Source of the DNA: Verrucomicrobiota bacterium
Lineage (GTDB): Bacteria > Verrucomicrobiota > Verrucomicrobiia > Limisphaerales > UBA11358
Direction: 5' to 3'
DNA length: 64,000 nucleotides
Assembly: GCA_028872915.1 (NCBI GenBank)
Contig: JAGWNY010000004.1
Coordinates: 13,137-77,136 of the forward strand
In this document: positions 46,501 to 52,990 of the stretch, in pieces
How positions within the stretch are numbered: position 1 is the stretch's first letter
Layout: the number at the start of each line of letters is the position of its first letter
Made by a program: the position numbers and the translations under genes
The notes under the pieces: model-generated
Database searches by the model: none
Seen by the model: only the letters and a program-made list of their open reading frames with translations
What the model was told of the DNA's origin: nothing

Positions 46501-47292
46501 GGAAAGCATTCGCTAATCCCGGAAAAGGAGTTTCGAGACAAATACAGCAAAGCATGGAAATATCTATGCGACAACAAAGACCTTCTCGCATCGCGCGAAC
46601 ACGGCAAATTTGCGGAGTCGGGTTGGTATCAGCTCTATCCCAAAAATTTGGACGTATGGGAACAGTCGAAATTGATGTTGCCGTATATGATTACTGAGTT
46701 GTCAGCATGGTATGATGAAGGTGGTAGCTACTTCGTCAATGTGACAACGGGTGGTTTTGGTCTCACGCTCTCTGATAAGCGTTTCAGTGCCAAATTTGTA
46801 ACCGCGTTGCTAAACTCGACGCTGGAGGATTGGTTCCTTAAAAAAGTTAGCCGCAGATTTCGAGGGGGCTATTTCGGGGCGAACAAGCAGTTCTTGGTTC
46901 AACTCCCAATACCAGAAGTTCGGGGAGAGCAGTGTGAAATCATCGAATCGGTTGTCACGCTCCTGTTATGGCTTCACGCCCGCAAAGCAGCGCGGGAAGA
47001 TTCACGCGAGACGACCGGCGCGCCACTGATTGCCGCCTTCATGGAGCAATGGGTGAACGCGCTGGTTTACGAATTATTTTTCTCGAAGGAAATTCATGAT
47101 GCCGGCCTTCAGTTCTTCGATTTGATTCAGTCGCTCAATCTGTCGCCACTGGAATCGTTCGCCGAGTCCGAACGGTTGCCGGAGTTGCAGAAGATTTTCA
47201 AAACCACCTACGCTTCCGACCACAAACTGCGCCAGGCGTTGTATCGTCTCGGCTCGTTGGATTTAGTCCGCACCATTGAGGGCAAAGCATGA
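43546..47292 (+). CDS. large Eco57I/type IIG-like N6-adenine DNA methyltransferase with a specificity (TRD) region
   Basis: 1248 aa. Motif I CDPAVGSGAFP (44899-44931). Motif IV GNPPF (45769-45783). Long helical region before the MTase fold and a TRD-like C-terminal half. The N-terminal ~165 aa are unassigned. ATGA overlap with the helicase stop. Confidence 0.85.
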   Translation: MTRDQIQSTLRQEYNQQRWVSLLREILPGTDVFASPQPVPSTATNVPEAVQLARVRLGDRKQLAVLQVRVGDRIDLLRNRVGLRNLVARFIDQAEYHGVLAVFLAPQSDFRFTFAARMAEFDDEGNLIRRETAPRRYTYVLGPNEACRTAAERFLKLSEKGLAATMDDVIEAFSVEKLNQEFFADFSRAFERVKSEIQKRNRWKEKVAKEESQTLLNRLLFLYFVQRKGWLNRQRDYLFRNFVRFDKDTPAKTTFLDGFLRPLFIKLSTEGSQADIPGHDLPFLNGGLFADEYGDEQHDEAVRRHFDLQVGNEVFRSVFEDLLERYNFTIQEDSPTNYEVAIDPEMLGQIFEELILTSEESETAGKSKRHDTGGHYTPRPIVHYLCRDSLAAWLESQPPFIGKPDAAGRVRKLLALDATEGIDDDTRNALKDILKPEEAAVLLDRLFELRACDPAVGSGAFPMGLLHELVNLARLCATRAAGKDPVLGDRSWLYTTKKRIIERVIYGVDIQPQAVDICKLRLWLSLMVDYELSADPENCEATSFRKALKEIEPLPNLDFKIRRANSLVDYIHGEPVELKKLSSETGAGLALSKLSAAKRDFFNARTAAAKRKLRLDIYDNITELAKIELTRARTDAAGLGFALHERDAERVAEIEKCLREIARTAALVRDARKMRAQAQEDALERIRTEFDDPDKPTFVWQFDFAEVFHREETPRGDSLLPAGKPEKPVANGTRNGFDMLIGNPPFIRIQVLKKTAPNLVNYYKTRYNNSAGKGNYDLYVVFVERGIELLQQNGQLAFIVPHSFLNTEYGEPIRTFISGNKHVRHIVHFGQHQIFPKATNYVCLLFLSKAGESHFDFDRVDNFKAWLDTHEGTSAKFTAAQIGAGEWNITVGHDAGFFERLKALPIKLGNVAEMFVGLQTSADTVFLFKDTKKSDKMLTRVLSKELNREVELESALLKPVVRSGEIGRYWAKASALVLFPYKLVGGKHSLIPEKEFRDKYSKAWKYLCDNKDLLASREHGKFAESGWYQLYPKNLDVWEQSKLMLPYMITELSAWYDEGGSYFVNVTTGGFGLTLSDKRFSAKFVTALLNSTLEDWFLKKVSRRFRGGYFGANKQFLVQLPIPEVRGEQCEIIESVVTLLLWLHARKAAREDSRETTGAPLIAAFMEQWVNALVYELFFSKEIHDAGLQFFDLIQSLNLSPLESFAESERLPELQKIFKTTYASDHKLRQALYRLGSLDLVRTIEGKA

Positions 47293-49145
47293 GAATCACC
47301 GGCATCGAAATCGCGAACTATCGCGGCTTCGCCGGCGACTCATTCAAGTTGTCTCTTGAAAAGGGCGAAAACCTGCTGGTCTATGGCGAGAACGGCGCCG
47401 GCAAATCGTCGTTTTTCAACTCGCTTAAAGATTTTCTCCACGCCGCGACCAGCAAAAACGTCAACATTGAACAACGGCGCAACCGTGACAATCCAACTGC
47501 CGCGCCGGCCATTCGCATCTCCACGGTTAGTAATCCAGCAACCGAGTGGACAGCCGTTGCGCGTGGCCAGGACGCAGATAACTGGCGCGCGTTGGACGAC
47601 GGCAAAGGCTTTCTCGATTACCGGCAGTTGCTGCGTTTTTACAATGCACCCCAAGACAGTTCGGGACGCATCGAGTTGTTTGATCTCCTGCTAAAGGGAA
47701 TGTTGGCGAATCATCGGATGGAGGTTTCTGGCACTCCGACCTTTCTATCCGAATGGCGGGCTATCAAACATCGAAGGGATTACTACTTTTACGGGGACAG
47801 TGAACGGCAGGAGTTAAAACAGCGAGTCGCACGATTCAACACCGCATTCAAAGACGCCGCAGTTAAGCTGGCAACCCGTGCGTCGGAGTTGCTCCATGAG
47901 TTTGATCCGAACATCGGGATTGCCTTCATACCGGAGAAGGATGCTGATTTTACCTGGTATCCCAAACACGTCAGCGACCCGGAGTATTTTGCTGAAATTA
48001 CGCGCCCCCAAATGGCATCCGTGACAAACTATCACGAGATGTTCAACGAAGCGCGCCTTTCGGCGATGGCTGTATGCCTCTTTTTCGCCGCCCTGGAAAC
48101 CTGTCCGATTACTGGCCCGCGCCTGATGATGTTGGACGACGTGCTCATCGGCTTGGATATGGGCAACCGCCGCATTGTGATGAACCTCGTGCAGCGATTG
48201 TTCCGCGACTGGCAGATCATTATTCTGACCTACCATAAGGCGTGGTTTGAAATCCTAAAAGCTCGTGTCAAGGTTGGCGCATGGGGCGGCCATTGGCGTA
48301 GCGTCGTCCTACGGCCGGAGAAATGCAATAAAACCGGACTTGTCGCCATCGCGTATGCAGATAGCGGCACCGCGTTGGAAACCGCCGATCTCTGCCTTGC
48401 ACGGCGCGACCACAAAGCCGCCGCCGTCTATGCCCGCACCGCGCTGGAATCCGTTCTCCACAAACACGCCGACCGGCTGCATCTGTCTGTCCAGTTCAAA
48501 AAGAATCGCCTCGACCTCGACACCGATGATTTTTTGAATCCATTCGAGAAGCGGTTCGAGCATCTGACCGACCCGCTAAAACGCACGCAGGCCGAGGGGT
48601 TGGTAGCCGAGTTGCGCTTTGTGCGGCGCGCCGTCTTAAATGCGTTCGCCCACGCCGATGAAATCAGCGAGGACGAAATCGCTGGCGAAGTGGATCACGG
48701 CATAAAAGTGGTTCGCGATTTTGAGGCATTCCTTGCGCCGCTGCAAAAAGCAGACTTTTCCAAGATCATATCGGATGCCAAGCCCGCCGTGCCGCAATTG
48801 CTTGCGCAGGCTCGCCAGCACGCCGCCGCCGGCAATCACAAGGCCGCCGGCGTGTCGCTGGCGCACGCGACCGCACTCTTCGTCACGGAATATGCGGAAG
48901 CAATCGGTCTCATGCTTCCATTCAAACGCAATCCTTCAATCGGCGACCTGTTCAAGATCGTTTTTCCTGAAGATGCGATGGACGCCGCCGAACAGCGCGC
49001 CTTTCGCCGTTTGATTCCTTACTTTTTGGGCAGCTACAAGCCAAAAAAGTTCGATCCGGCGTTGATGGATGAAACCATCCGCCTGATTTTGCACACCTGT
49101 TATGGACAACTGCTACATGCGTTGGCAAAACGGGCGTTGCCGTAA
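47289..49145 (+). CDS. ABC/SMC-type (RecF/PrrC-like) ATPase with an alpha-helical, HEPN/DUF4145-like C-terminal region
   Basis: 618 aa. MRITGIEIANYRGF..., Walker A GENGAGKSS (47385-47411), Walker B LMMLDDVLIGLD (48123-48158). The C-terminal 260 aa are helical and include LRFVRRAVLNAFAH (48612-48653). ATGA overlap with the methylase stop. Confidence 0.8.
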   Translation: MRITGIEIANYRGFAGDSFKLSLEKGENLLVYGENGAGKSSFFNSLKDFLHAATSKNVNIEQRRNRDNPTAAPAIRISTVSNPATEWTAVARGQDADNWRALDDGKGFLDYRQLLRFYNAPQDSSGRIELFDLLLKGMLANHRMEVSGTPTFLSEWRAIKHRRDYYFYGDSERQELKQRVARFNTAFKDAAVKLATRASELLHEFDPNIGIAFIPEKDADFTWYPKHVSDPEYFAEITRPQMASVTNYHEMFNEARLSAMAVCLFFAALETCPITGPRLMMLDDVLIGLDMGNRRIVMNLVQRLFRDWQIIILTYHKAWFEILKARVKVGAWGGHWRSVVLRPEKCNKTGLVAIAYADSGTALETADLCLARRDHKAAAVYARTALESVLHKHADRLHLSVQFKKNRLDLDTDDFLNPFEKRFEHLTDPLKRTQAEGLVAELRFVRRAVLNAFAHADEISEDEIAGEVDHGIKVVRDFEAFLAPLQKADFSKIISDAKPAVPQLLAQARQHAAAGNHKAAGVSLAHATALFVTEYAEAIGLMLPFKRNPSIGDLFKIVFPEDAMDAAEQRAFRRLIPYFLGSYKPKKFDPALMDETIRLILHTCYGQLLHALAKRALP

Positions 49146-49358
49146 ATGAAACCGGAATCCCACTGCTTCCCCATGCTCGCCGTGTCGCCGGAAAAGCAGA
49201 GGCCGGTGGAGCGATTGGTTGACCGCATTCTCGCGGCGAAGGCGAAAGACGCGGGCGCGGACGCCAGCGGGTTGGAGCGGGAGATAGACGAGTTGGTGTA
49301 TGCGCTGTACGGGCTGACGCCGGAGGAAATCAAGATTGTGGAGGGAGGGGCGAAATGA
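49146..49358 (+). pseudogene. 70-codon ORF equal to the C-terminal tail of a type IIG / specificity-type methylase (probable gene remnant)
   Basis: ...FPMLAVSPEKQRPVERLVDRILAAKAKDAGADASGLEREIDELVYALYGLTPEEIKIVEG. This is the characteristic last ~60 aa of many RM methylase/TRD proteins. The ATG follows the ATPase TAA directly (TAAATG). Confidence 0.45.
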
Positions 49359-49615
49359 AACCCGAACTCTCAAAACACGTTCAGGAAGAAATGGGGCGGC
49401 GTGGCATCCCGCTGGCCGTGGTGGAATCGGTGCTGGCCGCACCCGCGCAAAAAGTGCCTGAACACGGCGAAGTGGTATGTTATCAATCGAAAGTCTAGAT
49501 CAACCGGAAGCCGTATCTGGTGCGGGTGATGGTGAACGAGACGGCGACACCGCCAAAAGCGGTGACGGTTTATCGCACGAGTAAAATCAAGAAATACTGG
49601 AAAGCGACAACATGA
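49355..49615 (+). pseudogene. DUF4258-type toxin gene interrupted by an in-frame TAG
   Basis: MKPELSKHVQEEMGRRGIPLAVVESVLAAPAQKVPEHGEVVCYQSKV-TAG(49496-49498)-INRKPYLVRVMVNETATPPKAVTVYRTSKIKKYWKATT. Both halves match the DUF4258 pattern. Not in the ORF track because both pieces are under 60 aa. Confidence 0.7.
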
Positions 49616-49809
49616 AAGTGACCTACGATCCCGAAGTGGACGTGCTGCGGATTCTGTTCCGCGACGTGCCGGTTGAGGAAAGCGACGAGGACAAGCCCGG
49701 CGTGATTCTCGATTATGACAAGGACGGCAATGTCGTGGGAATGGAGGTCCTCAACGCGTCGAAGCGTATCGAGAACCCGCGTGGCGTGGATTATGCCGTG
49801 ACCGCGTGA
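49612..49809 (+). CDS. DUF2283-type antitoxin-like protein
   Basis: 65 aa: MKVTYDPEVDVLRILFRDVPVEESDEDKPGVILDYDKDGNVVGMEVLNASKRI. ATGA overlap with the DUF4258 reading frame. Confidence 0.75.
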   Translation: MKVTYDPEVDVLRILFRDVPVEESDEDKPGVILDYDKDGNVVGMEVLNASKRIENPRGVDYAVTA

Positions 49810-49811
49810 CG

Positions 49812-49870
49812 CGCGTGGTTGACCTCATCCTGGCGGCGAAGCAGCGCGATGCGGCGGCGGACGCCAGCCT
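49812..49870 (+). pseudogene. second, diverged copy of the methylase-tail fragment
   Basis: RVVDLILAAKQRDAAADAS, compared with RLVDRILAAKAKDAGADAS at 49209-49270. About 80% nucleotide identity over ~60 bp, judged by eye. Confidence 0.35.
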
Positions 49871-49895
49871 TCGCGAGGCTACGGCCTGGCAAAAG

Positions 49896-49919
49896 GGCGA
49901 TTATGTGGGGCGGATGGCG
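49896..49919 (+). repeat. direct repeat, left copy (GGCGATTATGTGGGGCGGATGGCG)
   Basis: A perfect 24-bp match to 50885-50908. The similarity extends 5-6 bp upstream (CAAAAg/cGGCG...). Confidence 0.85.
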
Positions 49920-50004
49920 TTTCTGCTTTTCCTGAAGATGGCGGAGGGGTTGGACAGCCTTTGTCCAGCCGCTGCCGGTATATTTGTGCAGACTGAGCAA
50001 GAAA

Positions 50005-50754
50005 ATGAGCGACAAGTCAAAGATTGAGTGGACGGATGCCACGTGGAATCCGGTGCGGGGCTGCTCCAAAATCAGCCCCGGCTGCGTGCATTGCTACGCC
50101 GAGACGTTTGCGGAGAGGTTTCGCGGCGTCCCCGGCCACCCATTTGAGTTCGGATTTGACTTGCGGCTCGTGCCGGAAAAGCTGGGCGACCCCATCCGGT
50201 GGTCGAAACCAAAGAAGGTCTTCGTCAATTCGATGAGCGATCTTTTTCACGAAGGCGTGCCGGACGAATACATCGAAAAGGTCTGCCGGGTGATGTTGGC
50301 GGCGAACTGGCACACCTACCAGATTCTGACCAAGCGGGCGGACCGCATGGCGGCGTTGTTGCAAGGCAAGCTCCGTGGCGCCGCGAAAGCGCCGCACATC
50401 TGGTGGGGCGTGAGCGTGGAGAACCGCAAGCATGGATTGCCGCGCATCTTGAAATTGCGGAGCGCCCGTCCGACGGTGGCATTCCTTTCGATTGAGCCGC
50501 TACTGGAAGATCTCGGAAATTTCAGCTTGAGCGGCATTCATTGGGTCATTGTCGGCGGCGAGAGCGGGCCAGGCGCTCGTCCGATGCCGCGTGAATGGGT
50601 TTGCGACGTCCGCGACCAGTGCCGTCAGGCGGGTGTGCCGTTCTTTTTCAAGCAGTGGGGTGGCGTGCGCAAGAGGGAGACGGGGCGAAGGCTGGATGGG
50701 CGGACGTATGATGAATTTCCTGACGTTATTTGCCGCAAATACACATACGCATGA
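50005..50754 (+). CDS. phage Gp37/Gp68-family protein (DUF5131)
   Basis: MSDKSKIEWTDATWNPVRGCSKISPGCVHCYAE...VFVNSMSDLFHE...YQILTKR...WWGVSVE...FLSIEPLLE...WVIVGGESGP...FFFKQWGG. A very characteristic family pattern. Confidence 0.8.
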   Translation: MSDKSKIEWTDATWNPVRGCSKISPGCVHCYAETFAERFRGVPGHPFEFGFDLRLVPEKLGDPIRWSKPKKVFVNSMSDLFHEGVPDEYIEKVCRVMLAANWHTYQILTKRADRMAALLQGKLRGAAKAPHIWWGVSVENRKHGLPRILKLRSARPTVAFLSIEPLLEDLGNFSLSGIHWVIVGGESGPGARPMPREWVCDVRDQCRQAGVPFFFKQWGGVRKRETGRRLDGRTYDEFPDVICRKYTYA

Positions 50755-50884
50755 GCACACCGAGCGCACTCGGCCAAAAGCTTTGGAATTATCCGCCGGC
50801 GCGAGGCTATGGCGAGACGGGTTGCAACATTTTAGCGATGACGGTTTGTCCTCCCGCGTTCGCATTGCCGCGGCGCGACAAAAC

Positions 50885-50908
50885 GGCGATTATGTGGGGC
50901 GGATGGCG
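50885..50908 (+). repeat. direct repeat, right copy (GGCGATTATGTGGGGCGGATGGCG)
   Basis: See 49896-49919. The two copies bracket the DUF5131 gene and lie 989 bp apart. Confidence 0.85.
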
Positions 50909-51135
50909 AGCGTGGTGGAGGAGTTGGATTTCATTATCAATTACGACATCAAATACCGCCTCGGCCGCGAGACGGAAATTGAGGAAGATGAGCGATCCCC
51001 ATCAAAACCAGGCGTTTTTTGATGTTGCAAAGCGCGGCAAAAGCGGTATGCTTTGTGCAGAGATAAACCTACGCCGAACTGGTTCGTCCAGGCGGCAAAT
51101 CCTGTGGCCATCGCGCGCAAGCGTGGTGGCCGCAG

Positions 51136-52002
51136 TTGTTTTCTGGAGCGCCCATGCACGTGTTCTATGTAGATGAAGCCGGTTGCACCGGGACTTTGGC
51201 GGACAAAGCGCAGCGATGCGGGTTCACGCTCATTGAATTGCTGGTGGTCATTGGCATCATCGGGATTTTGGCGGCGCTGCTGCTGCCGGTTTTGGCGTCG
51301 GCAAGACGGCGCGCGCAGGAAATTAACTGTTTGAGCAACGTCAAGCAGTTGACGCTCGCCAGTTACGCCTACGCCACGGACTACGGCGCGCACGCGGCGT
51401 ACAGCGTCGCCTCGAACGCGCACGAGCTTTGGATGGGCATGGGTTATTATGGGAACCAAAGGAAGCTTTTGGTGTGCCCGTCCACGCATGAGCCGTCGCC
51501 GGTTCCGCAAGAAAGCACCGGGGGCGCGGCGGACCTGACCTGGGTCTGGGATTACGCGGGGACCGTCGGCGGAACGGCGGGCACAAACGTGTATCTGGGC
51601 AGTTACGCGGTGAATGGCTGGCTGTACGACCGGCCGGAGTTTGGGGCGGGGGCCAACATCCAATTCATGATGAGCAAGCAATCGGTGATCCAGAAGCCTT
51701 CGCAAACGCCGGTGTTTTGCGATTCGATGTGGGTGGATTTGTGGCCTTACGAAAGCGACCCGCCCTGCACGGATCTTTACCGGGGCACACGCGCTGAAAC
51801 GGGGATGGAACGCTGCACCATTTCGCGGCACGGCGGGGTGAATGCCGCCCAGGCGCCGCGGGATTTTGACATCAGCCAGCGGCTGCCGGGCGCCATCGTC
51901 ATCGGGTTTGCCGACGGGCACGCGGGATTGGTCAGGTTGGAGAATCTCTGGGGACTTTACTGGCATCGGGACTGGCAGGCGCCGGCGCAGCGGCCGCGAT
52001 AG
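51136..52002 (+). CDS. prepilin-type N-terminal cleavage/methylation domain protein with a C-terminal H-X9-DG motif
   Basis: ...GFTLIELLVVIGIIGILAALLLPVLASARRRAQ... and C-terminal ISRHGGVN...GFADGHAGLV. The real start is probably downstream of 51136. Confidence 0.75.
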   Translation: MFSGAPMHVFYVDEAGCTGTLADKAQRCGFTLIELLVVIGIIGILAALLLPVLASARRRAQEINCLSNVKQLTLASYAYATDYGAHAAYSVASNAHELWMGMGYYGNQRKLLVCPSTHEPSPVPQESTGGAADLTWVWDYAGTVGGTAGTNVYLGSYAVNGWLYDRPEFGAGANIQFMMSKQSVIQKPSQTPVFCDSMWVDLWPYESDPPCTDLYRGTRAETGMERCTISRHGGVNAAQAPRDFDISQRLPGAIVIGFADGHAGLVRLENLWGLYWHRDWQAPAQRPR

Positions 52003-52009
52003 TCCGGGG

Positions 52010-52330
52010 TGAGGACGAGGACGGGGGGATTTTGGACAGGATGGACGGGATGACGGGATGAAAGACAAAGGCGGAACAATTCAGCCGCGGATTTTTTGAT
52101 GAAAGCGGTGTTGCTGACGGGGCGTCAGCAACGGCGCCCGTGGGCGGGCGCGGTACCGGGGGATCACGGAGGGGGATTTTGGACGGGATGACGGGATGGA
52201 CAGGATGAAAAACAATGGCGGAATAATTCAGCCGCGGATTTGGAGGGGGAAGGCGGTGTTGCTGACGGGGCGTCAGCAACGGACGATGCGATCTGGCACA
52301 GCGCGGAGCGTTCTGGAGGGCGGAGCCGGC
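52010..52330. repeat. twin-hairpin modular repeat, 1 full + 1 truncated copy (forward)
   Basis: Cores at 52107-52156 (full) and 52255-52281 (first hairpin only). GGACAGGATG units and GGCGGAA(C/T)AATTCAGCCGCGGATTT modules. Confidence 0.85.
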
Positions 52331-52340
52331 TGCGGCGCGG

Positions 52341-52850
52341 CTACATTGTTTTTTCAACCGCTCCAGCCTCGTGGTTCGTGCCGGCCGATTTTTCGGGTGG
52401 CTTCCAGTTTGCATTTCTGCCATCCGCCGTAATCAGATGGCAACGCTGAATCTCTCTCAATGCTTCATCTTCGGGCACGACTTTTGGCAAGACATGATAT
52501 ACCCATACTCCAGGCAGCATCGAAAGGCGGACATAATCGGCGCGATTCTCGACGACTGTCAAATGGGCCTGGTCCGCCCATTCAGTGGTGCATTGGATCT
52601 CGTATGCGCCCGGCGGCCTGTCAGCATAAAAAAAGCAGCCGGGCTGGGCCTTGCCGACAGGCGTGCCGTTGAGGAAAACCGTCGGCTGAACGGCAAAGCC
52701 AATCACTTTGCTGGGGCGATAGAACCAGATTCGGGACTCGCCATTCTTTGGCTGGCTCAATGTGCTGCTGTAGGTTTTGAAATTCGGGCCGGTGGCGCAG
52801 CCCGCGAGCGCGATGCAGGCGAGGGCGGCAAAAAGGACTGATTTGTTCAT
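52341..52850 (-). CDS. DUF2846-like lipoprotein
   Basis: ATG at 52850 gives MNKSVLFAALACIALAGC (lipobox), then ...RIWFYRP...FLNGTPVG...FFYADRPPGAYEI... The longer track ORF start at 52961 is implausible. Confidence 0.5.
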   Translation of the reverse strand: MNKSVLFAALACIALAGCATGPNFKTYSSTLSQPKNGESRIWFYRPSKVIGFAVQPTVFLNGTPVGKAQPGCFFYADRPPGAYEIQCTTEWADQAHLTVVENRADYVRLSMLPGVWVYHVLPKVVPEDEALREIQRCHLITADGRNANWKPPEKSAGTNHEAGAVEKTM

Positions 52851-52990
52851 AGTGTTTACATTTTCCTGGCTGCTCCGGCGTGTGTCAAGCGGCGGCACGC
52901 TTCGCAGACGGGCAGATATTTTTGTCTTTGATGCTTTTCCAGTTCTCGAAGTATTTGCCACAAACAGTCAAATCCACCAAGCTGGTTGCA

